From an uncultured Gammaproteobacteria bacterium (GTDB lineage: Bacteria > Patescibacteriota > Patescibacteriia > HK-STAS-PATE-3), in NCBI GenBank assembly GCA_964637345.1, contig CAZWTD010000002.1:6426-70425 (forward strand): a stretch of 64,000 bases of DNA, given 5' to 3'. Within the stretch, counting starts at the first letter, position 1. Every line of letters starts with the position of its first letter. This document shows positions 1-10,166 of this stretch, piece by piece. The notes under the pieces were generated by a model. That model did not search any database. It was not told the DNA's origin and worked only from the letters and a program-made list of their open reading frames with translations. Position numbers and translations under genes: made by a program.

Positions 1-17
1 TCGCGGGGATCTACGCG

Positions 18-1016
18 GTGACCGTTTTGGCGAATATTTTCGGGGCGAGCATAATCGAGCGGCTGCACGAACGGCGCTCTCTTGGGTATGCTCTCGCCGG
101 GGCAAGTGTTGCGATTGGCGTTCTCGGTTTTGTCAGCCATATTTCCGGGATCATTGTGCTCTTCTCTCTCTACGCCTTCCTATTGACCCTGGTGCTCTTT
201 AATATCGACCTCTACGTAAAGCACTATTCAGAGCAATCGAGCTTGGCCGGGAACGAAGGGAAATTAGGAGTCTTTGGAAATTTGGGCTGGCTGCTCGGAC
301 CGATCATCGGTTCGGCTGTCGTTGTTGAGTTCGGCCTTTCAGCGACCTTTCTTGCTTGCGGGATTGCGACACTTCTCGGATTCATTCTCTTTATCGAGGC
401 TCGACCGCATGACGTCGAGCGTGTGATGCAACCGCATCAGTCTTTTTTCGCTTCATTACGTTCATACATGAAGGATCAGGAGTTGAGAAAGTTATATGTT
501 GTATCATTTGGTTTAAGTTTTTTGTATGCGGCCTGGAATTTTGTTCCGCTTCTTCTCGTCGATCGAGGTCTCTCGCTTGGTTCGCTGGGAATTGTCTATG
601 GACCAAGTGCTTTACCCTGGGTCTTATTTGAATATCCTGTTGGACGCCTTGCTGACCGCAAATATGGAGAAAAAGTGTTTATCGTTACTGGGTTTGGCTT
701 GATGGTTCTTGCTTCATTTTCCTTTAGCGTTCTCGCGTCGCTTGCCTGGCTCATTGGAGCGCTTGTTCTTGGGATTATTGGATCAAGCCTCATCGAACGA
801 ACTCAGGCCGCTGCGTTCTTTCGGAGAGTAGGGGATGATGACGTCGAACGGATTAGCGTATGGCGAACCTCAAGCGGCTTAGCATTGATTCTCGGTCCGC
901 TTTCGGCCGCCGCTGTCAGCTCCTTTGTTCCGCTGCCGTTTTTCTTTATGATTGTCGGACTCTTGGGTTTGCTTTTTCTCGCGACTGCTCTCGGGCTTCG
1001 TTCCTCCCGTCCATGA
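18..1016 (+). CDS. MFS transporter (probably 5'-truncated by window edge)
   Basis: About 10 hydrophobic helices; MFS motif A-like GRLADRKYG. Confidence 0.8.
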   Translation: MTVLANIFGASIIERLHERRSLGYALAGASVAIGVLGFVSHISGIIVLFSLYAFLLTLVLFNIDLYVKHYSEQSSLAGNEGKLGVFGNLGWLLGPIIGSAVVVEFGLSATFLACGIATLLGFILFIEARPHDVERVMQPHQSFFASLRSYMKDQELRKLYVVSFGLSFLYAAWNFVPLLLVDRGLSLGSLGIVYGPSALPWVLFEYPVGRLADRKYGEKVFIVTGFGLMVLASFSFSVLASLAWLIGALVLGIIGSSLIERTQAAAFFRRVGDDDVERISVWRTSSGLALILGPLSAAAVSSFVPLPFFFMIVGLLGLLFLATALGLRSSRP

Positions 1017-1726
1017 TTCAGGATTTCAAGCTTGTTGAACGCGTGATCGAAACGCCGAGCGTGTGCACTCTTCGGCTAGTTCCAAAGGGCACGGAGGAGT
1101 ACAGCTACCGCGCTGGCACCTTTGCGCTGGTATCGATACCAGGCTCAGATATTCCCGCCCGGGCTTTTTCATTTTCCTCAGCGCCCAGCGACCCTTTCGT
1201 TGAACTCACAATCGAACGAACTGGGAAGATGACGACGGCGCTTCATGAGCTTCCGCTGGGATCGCTGTTGAGACTCAATGGTCCTCGCGGTCGATTCACT
1301 CTTCCGGACGAACTCTCGGGCCCCGTCCTTATGGTGGCCGGAGGATCGGGAATTGCGCCGCTTCGGTCTATGCTCCGGTCGCTCAAGCGCCATTCACGCC
1401 TTCCACCCATTACCTTGCTCTATAGCGTCCAGAGCCCCTCGGAGATTATCTTCCGCTCTGAGCTCGAGCAGATTTCGGAAAACATGGAAGGGTTGACCTA
1501 CGTGCCAACAGTCACTCGTCCAAGCACTGAAGTCGACTGGTTAGGCCGGGTAGGACGGATTGACAAACAGACCCTTGCGACACAGCTTCCTGTCCATAAA
1601 TCTCTCGAGGTCTTTGTGTGCGGCTCGCCAGCCTTCGTTTTTGCCATGATTCAGTACCTCCGCGAACTCGGAATAGAACGTGAACGCATTCGAACCGAGC
1701 AGTGGCTTCAGCCAGAGCTTGAGTAG
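1013..1726 (+). CDS. Ferredoxin-NADP reductase family FAD/NAD(P) oxidoreductase
   Basis: RAFSFSS, GxMT, GPRGRF, AGGSGIAP, VFVCG motifs; ATG 1013 overlaps the MFS stop (ATGA). Confidence 0.85.
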   Translation: MIQDFKLVERVIETPSVCTLRLVPKGTEEYSYRAGTFALVSIPGSDIPARAFSFSSAPSDPFVELTIERTGKMTTALHELPLGSLLRLNGPRGRFTLPDELSGPVLMVAGGSGIAPLRSMLRSLKRHSRLPPITLLYSVQSPSEIIFRSELEQISENMEGLTYVPTVTRPSTEVDWLGRVGRIDKQTLATQLPVHKSLEVFVCGSPAFVFAMIQYLRELGIERERIRTEQWLQPELE

Positions 1727-1779
1727 ACGGGTCGACTGGTATTTGGTACCATGACAGCGAAATCGCTAACGTAACCCCC

Positions 1780-2409
1780 ATGAATGAAACACAAGGCCAG
1801 TCTCAACCATCCCGCCCTTTGACCTGGGTGGTTATTGCCCTCGTGGTGCTCATCTTGATTGTGTTAACGGTCGTCTTTATCCTTTGGCGCGATCGTTTGA
1901 CTGGGGATGAAAATGGCAACACCAACGCGGTGAATCAGACATCGAACACCTCAGCGACGAATACAAACAGCGTTACGAACAGCGATTCGGGATCTTCGAA
2001 CACCAACACGGTTGTTGCCGATAGCGAAGTCCTATATGCCAATCCTCAGTTTGGATATTCTGTTCGCTACGCTGATCCCGACCGAAGCCTTATAACGACC
2101 TCGACAAGTAATACTGCCGAGCAGCTCTATAGCGGGTGGACTCTGGAAAGCGGAGAGGGAGTGATTATCGCGATTGATGTCTTTCCGAAAGAAGGGGCGG
2201 CAGGAGTATTTACAGACCGTGGGTACGCTGTTACGGATGACACTGTTGAGCTGGGAAACGTTACTGCGAATATTCTCACGATCGATGGCGTAAAAAAGGG
2301 GTATCGGGTTGAGTATGGGAATTACGTATTCGTTCTTCGCTCAGACGCGGTACTTGGCGACGGTTCGTCGGCTGATTTCGAAACCATCGCGAAGACCTTT
2401 CTCTTTTAG
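1780..2409 (+). CDS. Membrane-anchored surface protein with Asn/Thr/Ser-rich stalk
   Basis: N-terminal TM helix, NTN-rich linker, C-terminal globular domain starting YANPQFGYSVRY (PsbP-like by resemblance). Confidence 0.65.
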   Translation: MNETQGQSQPSRPLTWVVIALVVLILIVLTVVFILWRDRLTGDENGNTNAVNQTSNTSATNTNSVTNSDSGSSNTNTVVADSEVLYANPQFGYSVRYADPDRSLITTSTSNTAEQLYSGWTLESGEGVIIAIDVFPKEGAAGVFTDRGYAVTDDTVELGNVTANILTIDGVKKGYRVEYGNYVFVLRSDAVLGDGSSADFETIAKTFLF

Positions 2410-2491
2410 GTCTCTACGGTTGACGAAGGATGAGCAAGGGCGTACACTGCCTGCGTTTTCTTGAACCTGAAGAATTGGAGGCTTGCCTGGC

Positions 2492-2567
2492 CGGGGTGTA
2501 GCGCAGTTGGTAGCGCGCATCGTTCGGGACGATGAGGCCCGGGGTTCGAGTCCCCGCACCCCGACCA
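2492..2567 (+). tRNA. tRNA-Pro (CGG)
   Basis: 76 nt cloverleaf: CGGGGTG/CACCCCG acceptor stem, anticodon arm CATCG-TTCGGGA-CGATG, GGTTCGAGTCC T arm, encoded CCA. Confidence 0.97.
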
Positions 2568-2593
2568 GACAAGCTTCCTTGTGTTTATCAAAT

Positions 2594-3373
2594 TTATTTG
2601 TGAGGAAGGAGTGCTCCAAGCTGCCAAACAACCACTACGCCGAGGATAATGAGGACGAGCTGGAGAATGCTTCGGCCGATTTTACGTTCATGCTGGATTG
2701 TTGGTACAAGGTCGGCTAGAGCGATGTAGATGAAGTTCCCGATAACAAAGGCGAGTAGGGGTACTTCAATTCGTTCGACGAGTTGAGCGTTTAAGAGAAC
2801 GAGTAGAGCGCCTAAGGGGCTTACGAGCGCTCCGAGGAAGTTCCAGAGGAGCACCTTTGATCGTGCCATGCCACTATGGATGAGGATGCTGAAATCACCA
2901 ATTTCCTGTGGGATTTCGTGGGCAACGACGGCCAAGGAGGTAATAACTCCTAAGCCTGGGTCGGTTAAGAAGGCCAGGGCGATAATAGCGCCGTCGAGAA
3001 GGTTATGGATGGCGTCCCCGAAGATAACAAGCGGGCGAACGCTGGTCAGATTGGAATGCGGTTGCTCTTCGTGCGTCTCCTCGCCGTGCTGGTGCGAGTG
3101 GTGGTGCCAGACTAAAAGCTTTTCAAGGGTGAAGAAGGTGAGAACTCCAATAAGCGTTCCAACGAATACTGGGCCGGTGTTGTCTCCGGCGTGTTCGAGG
3201 GCCTCGGGGAATAACTCAAGGAAGCTAGCCCCGAGAATACTCCCGGCGGCGAAACTCATCAGATAGATTGACCAGCGCTTTATCCGCCATTCGTTGAGGA
3301 TGAGGATAAGTCCGCCAAGAAGGCCGAGGAGACTGACGCCGGTGGTGATGGCAATAATAGTGAGTGTTGACAT
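2594..3373 (-). CDS. ZIP family zinc/divalent metal transporter
   Basis: His-rich loop HHHSHQH, HNLLDG and HEIPQEIGD motifs. Confidence 0.92.
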   Translation of the reverse strand: MSTLTIIAITTGVSLLGLLGGLILILNEWRIKRWSIYLMSFAAGSILGASFLELFPEALEHAGDNTGPVFVGTLIGVLTFFTLEKLLVWHHHSHQHGEETHEEQPHSNLTSVRPLVIFGDAIHNLLDGAIIALAFLTDPGLGVITSLAVVAHEIPQEIGDFSILIHSGMARSKVLLWNFLGALVSPLGALLVLLNAQLVERIEVPLLAFVIGNFIYIALADLVPTIQHERKIGRSILQLVLIILGVVVVWQLGALLPHK

Positions 3374-3381
3374 AGGAATCC

Positions 3382-3798
3382 TTAGGTACAGCGGACGCAA
3401 ACCCCGTAGAACTCGAGGGCGTGCCGTTGAGTGATAAATTGATAGTGTTTTCGGATGCGCCCCTCCTCTTCGCCGAGGTCGCGCTCAAGTTGGACGTCTT
3501 GAACCGTTTTACACCGAAGGCAGACGAGGTGGTGATGGTGGTTCCCGCGAAGCTCAAAGCGGCGGATTCCATCCCCAAAGTCGATAGCTTCAAGGAGGCC
3601 CTCCGCTTCGAGATGTTCAAGTTCTCGATAGACAGTGGTTTTATTTGGCTGCAGGCCAACGCGCGCGAGTCGTATTCCCACCTCAGACGCCGAGAGGGGA
3701 GCTGAGGCTCGATCCAGGACCTTTGAGAGGCCGATTCGAACACGGGTTATCCGGAGGCCCTTTTGTTGGATGCTGTGTAACAAGTTCGCGTTAGGCAT
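3382..3798 (-). CDS. Fur-family metalloregulator (probably Zur)
   Basis: TVYRxL helix, HHHHLVCxxC, C-terminal CxxC; directly upstream of the ZIP gene. Confidence 0.9.
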   Translation of the reverse strand: MPNANLLHSIQQKGLRITRVRIGLSKVLDRASAPLSASEVGIRLARVGLQPNKTTVYRELEHLEAEGLLEAIDFGDGIRRFELRGNHHHHLVCLRCKTVQDVQLERDLGEEEGRIRKHYQFITQRHALEFYGVCVRCT

Positions 3799-3804
3799 GG
3801 AGTA

Positions 3805-3834
3805 AACATAATGCAACTTAGTTGCATGTGTCAA
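3805..3834 (-). promoter_or_regulatory. Promoter TTGACA-18-TATGTT with 17 bp palindromic operator ATGCAACT-T-AGTTGCAT (3811-3827) in the spacer
   Basis: Perfect 8-1-8 inverted repeat between -35 and -10, 6 nt before the Fur/Zur ATG. Confidence 0.8.
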
Positions 3835-3879
3835 GTACTCGACTTGCCGAAAAGGGGAAAAACCGCTAGGCTAGAGCGT

Positions 3880-4983
3880 ATGAAGCAGGTTTACGCGGGA
3901 GTTTTTCGTGGTCGAAGACCGGCGTTACAAACGGAGATTGCCGACTGGAAGAGACAGGTAGAGCGTCGACTTGAACGGGTATTTCAAGAGTACCCAAGCC
4001 AACTTCCGATCGGGACTCCAGAGGTGAAGTCTGCTATTCGGCTCCTCCGTGAATTTACCCTTCGTGCAGCGAGTAAACGGGTTCGGGCCTACCTTGTCCG
4101 TCTTGGCTATGAATCGCGGTCCGCTCGCGTGCCGCAGGGCCTTATTGACGTAGCAGCCGCCGTAGAGCTCATTCAGACCTACCTGCTCATTCATGATGAT
4201 ATTATTGATCGGGACGAGGTTCGGCGCGGCGGACCGACCGTGCACGCCGCTCTTCGGGCGCAATTGACCGTGCCGGTGTTAGAGCGACGTCGTTTGAGCA
4301 ACAGCCTTGCCCTATTGATCGGGGATCTCGCCTTTAGTTGGGCGATGCGATTAGTAAGCGAGTCTCCATTTCCGGCGGAGCGACGATTGCGCGCGCTTCG
4401 CGTTCTTTTAACGACGCATGAGACCTGCGTTGGAGGGCAGTACCTCGACGTTCTACCCGTTAGCGAGATTTCGTTAACTCGCGAACGCGTCGAGGCAATC
4501 GCTCGGCGAAAAACAGCCTCCTATACCTTTGTTGGCCCCCTTTGCGCCGGGGCGTATTTAGCGGGAGCCTCAGAAACGACAATTCGCGCGCTGTCAGCCT
4601 ACGGGGAATCCGTTGGAATGGCCTATCAATGGATTGATGATTTAGATGACGTTCTCGCGCTGAAGCAGGGAGCGCGTTCCTCAAATGATCTCGACGAGGG
4701 TAAGGGGACTGCCGTTGTGATTGCAACGCGAAAACTTCTTCGCCCGTCAGAACGCCGTCGCTTTGACGCGCTTCTTCGGAAAGTCCCGAAAACACCTCTT
4801 GCCCTTCGGCGTTTGACGCGCTATGTTCATGAGGCGAAGGTTGAGAAAATGGTCCGCGCCGAAGCGGCGCACTTTGTCCAGCGGGGCATCCGCGCCCTAG
4901 CCTCACCGGCGGCGCTTCGTTCGGCTGCCCGCGGACGTTTACGAGAGGTATCGCACTTCATTCTTGGAGTAAAGACTGAATGA
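3880..4983 (+). CDS. Polyprenyl diphosphate synthase (FPP/GGPP synthase family)
   Basis: LIHDDIIDRDxxRRG, GQYLD, KTA and YQWIDD motifs. Confidence 0.9.
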   Translation: MKQVYAGVFRGRRPALQTEIADWKRQVERRLERVFQEYPSQLPIGTPEVKSAIRLLREFTLRAASKRVRAYLVRLGYESRSARVPQGLIDVAAAVELIQTYLLIHDDIIDRDEVRRGGPTVHAALRAQLTVPVLERRRLSNSLALLIGDLAFSWAMRLVSESPFPAERRLRALRVLLTTHETCVGGQYLDVLPVSEISLTRERVEAIARRKTASYTFVGPLCAGAYLAGASETTIRALSAYGESVGMAYQWIDDLDDVLALKQGARSSNDLDEGKGTAVVIATRKLLRPSERRRFDALLRKVPKTPLALRRLTRYVHEAKVEKMVRAEAAHFVQRGIRALASPAALRSAARGRLREVSHFILGVKTE

Positions 4984-5672
4984 CGAAGAAGAACGTCCCG
5001 CGCCACGTTGCGATTATCCCAGACGGCAACCGCCGCTGGGCTCGACGAAACCATCTCCCATCGGTTCTCGGTCATAAACATGGCGTCGAAGCTTTTGAGC
5101 GTATTTGCGATGAGGCGCTCGCGCAGGGCGTTGAGGTCCTTACCTTTTATACCTTCTCAAGCGAAAATTGGCATCGGACGAAGACCGAGGTGCGCTATCT
5201 TTTCCGTTTGCTTGAGGACGTGTTTACGAAACGGCTTGAAAAGTTACAACGGCAAGGCATCCAACTTCGCATCTCCGGGAGAGTCGACGAGTTTCCGAAG
5301 CGACTTCAGGAGATTGTCGCGTCCGCGGTTCAGGCAACGAAAAAAAATCGCCGTGGGATTGTTCATCTCTGCTTGAACTACGGAGGAAGAAACGAACTTA
5401 TTGATGCAGTTCGTTCTCTTGTTCGAGCGAATACTCCGGCCGGACGGATCGATGCCCGCGCGATTTCAGCCCGCCTCTACCAGTCCGACCTCCCTGAGCC
5501 GGACTTGATCGTTCGAACTTCCGGTGAGCAGCGGCTTTCGGGTTTTTTACTTTGGCAGTCTGAGTACAGCGAGCTCTACTTTAGCGAGAAGCTGTGGCCA
5601 GATTTTCAGCCGGCTGATTTCCGGAAAGCGCTCGCCGAGTTTGTTCGCCGTCAGCGCCGTTACGGAGCGTAA
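4980..5672 (+). CDS. uppS: Undecaprenyl diphosphate synthase
   Basis: HVAIIPDGNRRWA, FSSENW, RTSGEQRLSGFLLWQ. Confidence 0.95.
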   Translation: MTKKNVPRHVAIIPDGNRRWARRNHLPSVLGHKHGVEAFERICDEALAQGVEVLTFYTFSSENWHRTKTEVRYLFRLLEDVFTKRLEKLQRQGIQLRISGRVDEFPKRLQEIVASAVQATKKNRRGIVHLCLNYGGRNELIDAVRSLVRANTPAGRIDARAISARLYQSDLPEPDLIVRTSGEQRLSGFLLWQSEYSELYFSEKLWPDFQPADFRKALAEFVRRQRRYGA

Positions 5673-5673
5673 C

Positions 5674-6342
5674 ATGAGCATGGGGGAACGATCGCCAAAT
5701 GTACTCCTTGATCTGAGTCGCCCAATCGGGCGATTTGCCGCTTTTGTGTGGATTATGGGTCTCTTCTCGCTCTACTTTCCAATTAACTGGGCTTGGGGCG
5801 CAGTCCATCAGTTGAAGACCCCACTCGACGAGTTTATTCCTCTTGTGCCAGCCTTCGTTATTCCCTATGTGTTTGTGTTTTTTGCCTGGGGTGCGGGCTT
5901 AATGGGCTGGGCGATTGTGTGGCGCCCGAAGCTCTTTCTGCGCCTCGTCGCCTCATTTACCATTGCGTGCGGCCTCTCCTACATTGTCTATTTGGCTTTC
6001 CAAACGACGGTGCCGCGGCCAGACCTTGAGGTGACCGACGGGTTTACCCGCATCCTAAAGTGGATATATAGTAGCGATCGGCGCTTCAACGCTTTCCCCT
6101 CAGGTCATACATTAACGACAACAATTCTTCTCTTGTCGACCTACCCGATCGTTCGGGGTCTCTGGAAAGTGGTTTTTTGCCTTGCAGCTGCAAGTATTAT
6201 CGCAGCGACGCTTCTCTTGAAACAGCATTACATTCTGGATATCTTAGCTGGGCTTGCGGTTGGCTCGTTTTCCTTTTGGCTTGGACAAAAAATCGGCCCT
6301 TGCTTCTATCCGGCAGAGGAAAAACGCGAAAGGCCGAGCTAG
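5674..6342 (+). CDS. PAP2-superfamily membrane phosphatase/phosphotransferase
   Basis: RP, FPSGH and KQHYxxD motifs; several TM helices. Confidence 0.8.
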   Translation: MSMGERSPNVLLDLSRPIGRFAAFVWIMGLFSLYFPINWAWGAVHQLKTPLDEFIPLVPAFVIPYVFVFFAWGAGLMGWAIVWRPKLFLRLVASFTIACGLSYIVYLAFQTTVPRPDLEVTDGFTRILKWIYSSDRRFNAFPSGHTLTTTILLLSTYPIVRGLWKVVFCLAAASIIAATLLLKQHYILDILAGLAVGSFSFWLGQKIGPCFYPAEEKRERPS

Positions 6343-7517
6343 CGCTGCGTATTCGTCGATCCTGGATGGGGAGCGAGAAAACGGGCGGCTAAGGTTGTTG
6401 CAATTGGAACTGCGAGGATGAGCGCGCTACTGCCGACAAGTGTTCGGATGACTTCTTCAACAATGAACTGGTCATTGAGTGTGATCCAGAGCGGGACCTC
6501 GCTTCGGAGTCCGAAAAGGAGAAAGAGCGGCAGGGCAGCGCCGACATAGGCGAGCGCGAGCGTATTGACGAGAGAGGCAATATGGCCGCGCCCCACACGG
6601 AGGGCTCTTCGGATCAGTTCGCTGCGGGGCAGTTCGGCATTGGCGCTTGCGAGCTCTTCGACCACACTTGTTTGCGCGGTCGTTATATCATCAAGAACGC
6701 CGAGTGTTCCGAGGAGGATGCCCCCGAGGAGGAGCCCGGAGAAGTTGATTGAAAGGCTTGGGTCATTGAAGAGCATAACAGCTTCTTCGCTTCCCAATCC
6801 GTTTAATCGAGCAAGCGAAGTAAAAAAGATCGCCAGAAGCGATCCAAGGCCGAGGGTAATGAGAGAGCTCGTGAGTGCAATGGTGGTGCGGCGGCTTATC
6901 CCGTGCGAGAAGTAGTGCGATGTTATTGCAATCGCAACCGAAGCTACAAGGCAGGTTGAGAGGGGGTCACCCCCGCGCGCTATTGTTGGGATGAGGTAGG
7001 CGCCGATGATGAGAATACTGATCGCGAGTCCGAGGATTGATGATACCCCTCGTTTTCTCGCGAAGAGGACAACCAAGACGAAGAAGAGGGCAATAACGAT
7101 GAGTACAGAGGGGAAGCGGTAGGCATCGATGATCGTGTCAACGGTTTCTCCGCTTGCACCGCTTGTGAGAATGACAACGGTCTGACCAAGGGAGACAAGT
7201 TGGTCATCCCGAAGGTCTTCGAGTAAGCCATGGTCTAGCGTCCGCTCGGTGTTTTTTTCCGGCCCCGAGAGGAAACGGATTTGGACCTTTTGCCAAGCGG
7301 AAGTCCCCAGTTCTCCGTTCGTCCTCGTTCCACTCTCGAGAATGTGAATCACTTTGGCCCGTGCGTAGGTGTCCGGGGACCCACTTGCCTTGGCGGGAAT
7401 GGGATTACCGAAAAAGAAACTGAGGAAGAGGCTGAAAACAGCAAGGCCTTCAAGGACTACGCGTTCTCGCGGGGTTTTCCAGATAATCATTATCCGCAGT
7501 GTATCAACTTCACTCAT
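6339..7517 (-). CDS. YibE/F family membrane protein
   Basis: LGVLDDITTAQ, HIASLVNTLALAYVG, EEVIRTLVGS. Confidence 0.85.
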   Translation of the reverse strand: MSEVDTLRIMIIWKTPRERVVLEGLAVFSLFLSFFFGNPIPAKASGSPDTYARAKVIHILESGTRTNGELGTSAWQKVQIRFLSGPEKNTERTLDHGLLEDLRDDQLVSLGQTVVILTSGASGETVDTIIDAYRFPSVLIVIALFFVLVVLFARKRGVSSILGLAISILIIGAYLIPTIARGGDPLSTCLVASVAIAITSHYFSHGISRRTTIALTSSLITLGLGSLLAIFFTSLARLNGLGSEEAVMLFNDPSLSINFSGLLLGGILLGTLGVLDDITTAQTSVVEELASANAELPRSELIRRALRVGRGHIASLVNTLALAYVGAALPLFLLFGLRSEVPLWITLNDQFIVEEVIRTLVGSSALILAVPIATTLAARFLAPHPGSTNTQR

Positions 7518-7566
7518 ACACGGAAAGAGGCTAGTGATTTCGAAGTTTTTTTGATAGGGTGAAGAT

Positions 7567-8874
7567 ATGTCAGATGACCTATTTTCGAGTTCTCGACGCA
7601 GCGCCCGTGTTCGAATGGCTCCATTAGCGGAACGGCTCCGACCCCGGAGTTTTGAGGAGTTTCTCGAACAGGAGGCGCTTGTGAATGAGGGGAGCGTGCT
7701 CCGCTTGGCAATTGAGAACGACGAACTTTTCTCGATGATTTTTTGGGGCCCGCCGGGTTCAGGAAAAACAACGCTCGCGAGGCTAGTTGCGGAAAAAACA
7801 AAGGCGAATTTCGTTCAGTTATCAGCAGTCAGTTCGGGAATTGACGAGCTTCGAAAAGTCGTACGCCAAGCGGAAGCGGACTGGAAGTATGACGGCCGAC
7901 GAACCATTCTTTTTGTCGATGAAATTCATCGGTGGAACAAAGCTCAGCAAGACGCTTTTCTTCCCTTCGTTGAGAATGGCACGATAGTCCTTATCGGGGC
8001 GACAACTGAAAATCCTTCTTTTGAGGTGATTGCGCCGCTTCTTTCGCGTTGCCAGGTGTATACACTGTACCGGTTGAGCCCTGAAGGGCTTGCGCGGCTC
8101 GTGAAGCGTGCCTTAACCGATCGAGAACGCGGATACGGGGATCGGAAGACCACGATAGTACCGGCGGCTTTGGATTTTCTTGTCGGAGAATCAAATGGCG
8201 ATGCACGAGCTCTTCTCAACGCGCTTGAGATCGCCGTGAAGGCTGCGCCCGTCCAGGGGAGGGGACCGCGACGCATAACGCTCGCCTTAGTCGAGGCGGC
8301 TGTTCAAAAACGCCATCTGTATTTCGATAAAGGTGGAGAAGAGTATTACAATATTATCTCTGCGTTTATTAAGTCTATGCGGGGGTCAGACCCGGACGCG
8401 ACCGTCTACTGGCTCGCTCGACTGTTAGAAGCCGGTGAGGATCCGAAGTTCATTGCACGACGAATGGTTGTGTTTGCTTCAGAAGATGTCTCAGTAGCGG
8501 ATCCCCAAGCGCTTGCTCTTGCGGTTGCGACCTTTCATGCCGTTGAGCTTATCGGGCCTCCCGAGTGTGCAATCAACCTGTCACACTGCGCTATTGCTCT
8601 CGCCCTCGCTTCGAAGAATAATTCGACCTATGAGGCTCTTCAGAGAGCGCGCGATGATGTGGCCACAACGCTGAATGAGCCGGTTCCGCTCCACCTTCGA
8701 AACGCGCCGACCGAACTCATGAAAAAACTGGGTTATGGGAAAGGCTACAAATACTCTCATCACTACTCTGCGTTAGATGGGCGCCAGGAGTATCTTCCGA
8801 CGCGCTTGAGCGGCCGCCGCTACTTTATTCCGAAGCCTAAAGCCAAGCGAACAAAGAAAACCCGCTCCATATGA
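7567..8874 (+). CDS. rarA: Replication-associated recombination protein A (MgsA/RarA AAA+)
   Basis: PLAERLRP, GPPGSGKTT, DEIHRWNKAQQD, KSMRGSD, PLHLRNAPT. Confidence 0.95.
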   Translation: MSDDLFSSSRRSARVRMAPLAERLRPRSFEEFLEQEALVNEGSVLRLAIENDELFSMIFWGPPGSGKTTLARLVAEKTKANFVQLSAVSSGIDELRKVVRQAEADWKYDGRRTILFVDEIHRWNKAQQDAFLPFVENGTIVLIGATTENPSFEVIAPLLSRCQVYTLYRLSPEGLARLVKRALTDRERGYGDRKTTIVPAALDFLVGESNGDARALLNALEIAVKAAPVQGRGPRRITLALVEAAVQKRHLYFDKGGEEYYNIISAFIKSMRGSDPDATVYWLARLLEAGEDPKFIARRMVVFASEDVSVADPQALALAVATFHAVELIGPPECAINLSHCAIALALASKNNSTYEALQRARDDVATTLNEPVPLHLRNAPTELMKKLGYGKGYKYSHHYSALDGRQEYLPTRLSGRRYFIPKPKAKRTKKTRSI

Positions 8875-9638
8875 CGAATGCCGATATCCTTCCGAAGCCA
8901 AAACGATTCGGACCAGAGGAACGATTTTTAGTAATCGGGCTTAGCGTGGTGTCGCTTTTCATTATCGCGATGCTCGTCTTTCCAGAGTTAGGGGATGAGC
9001 TTTCACGCTTCTCTCGGTCTTGGCAGGCTCTTGCGATTACGTATGGCTATCTTGGAGCTTTCGTTAGCTCTTTGGTCGGGAACGCGACTGTCATCATTGT
9101 CTTTCCCTACACAGCAATTATCTTTCTTCTTGCTGCCTTCGGATTGAATCCCTGGCTCTTAGCCCTCGTGACCGGGCTAGGATCCATGTTGGGCGAACTC
9201 GTCAGCTATGTTGTCGCGCGGACAGGATCGGGTGCATTCGAGCGAAAGAGACCGACCTCATACGCCGCCGTCCGTTCGATTGTTGAACGTCGACCTCGCC
9301 TTATTCCGCTCCTGCTCTTTTCCTTCGCTGCGCTTCCTCTTCCGGATGATCTCTTGCTCATTCCGCTCGGAATTGTCCGCTACTCAATTTGGAAAATTAT
9401 CGGACCGAACTTTCTTGGAAAGCTTACTGCTGCTCTGGTCATTACCTATACCGGTCGGCAGGCGAACGCGCTCGTTTTTACCAATCAATCAGCGACTGGG
9501 GATATACTTTTTAACGGGGTCATTCTTGGAGTTATCGTCATCGGCCTCTACCTCTTTTTTCGCATTCGCTGGGAGCAGGTGTTACAGCGCTTTGTCCCGG
9601 ATTTTCCCGACCAACTTCCTCGGACAACCCTCCGCTAG
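8871..9638 (+). CDS. DedA/VTT-domain membrane protein
   Basis: GSMLGELVSYxxxR and PLPDD motifs; multiple TM helices. Confidence 0.7.
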   Translation: MTNADILPKPKRFGPEERFLVIGLSVVSLFIIAMLVFPELGDELSRFSRSWQALAITYGYLGAFVSSLVGNATVIIVFPYTAIIFLLAAFGLNPWLLALVTGLGSMLGELVSYVVARTGSGAFERKRPTSYAAVRSIVERRPRLIPLLLFSFAALPLPDDLLLIPLGIVRYSIWKIIGPNFLGKLTAALVITYTGRQANALVFTNQSATGDILFNGVILGVIVIGLYLFFRIRWEQVLQRFVPDFPDQLPRTTLR

Positions 9639-9689
9639 CCTTCTCAAACAGTTTTTGCTACACTGGGCGCAGCCATCAGGTTAACTGCC

Positions 9690-10163
9690 ATGAAAATCAT
9701 TATTCTTGAAGACGACGCGACTATCCGACGACTTTATCGGACGATGTTTCTTAAGGCAGGCTTTGATGTTCGCGCTTACGCTGATGCCATCGATATTGTC
9801 ATGAAGACAAAAGCATTTCATCCAGATGTAGTGTTAACAGATCTTCTCATGCCGAAGATTGATGGCTATGAAGCCATTCGATTATTAAGGGCGGAAGAGA
9901 GTCTACACGACCTTCCCATTGTCGTTATTTCTAATCTCGGCGATTACGTGAGTCAGCAAAAGTCCGCCTATCTCGGGGCCACTGATTTCGTCGTGAAGTC
10001 AAATTTCACCCCCTCGGCCTTAACGGCACGCATTCGTGACGTTGTCGCCGGTAAAGTTCCTAAACTCGTTGTTGATCCAAAGGTGACCGCATTTCTCCAG
10101 GCGGAAGAGCGTGCCCACGCTGAACACGCGAAGATGACATCTGAGGATCGTCAGTACACATAA
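9690..10163 (+). CDS. Stand-alone response regulator receiver protein
   Basis: EDD, DLLMPKIDG, SN and K motifs; no output domain. Confidence 0.88.
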   Translation: MKIIILEDDATIRRLYRTMFLKAGFDVRAYADAIDIVMKTKAFHPDVVLTDLLMPKIDGYEAIRLLRAEESLHDLPIVVISNLGDYVSQQKSAYLGATDFVVKSNFTPSALTARIRDVVAGKVPKLVVDPKVTAFLQAEERAHAEHAKMTSEDRQYT

Positions 10164-10166
10164 ACT

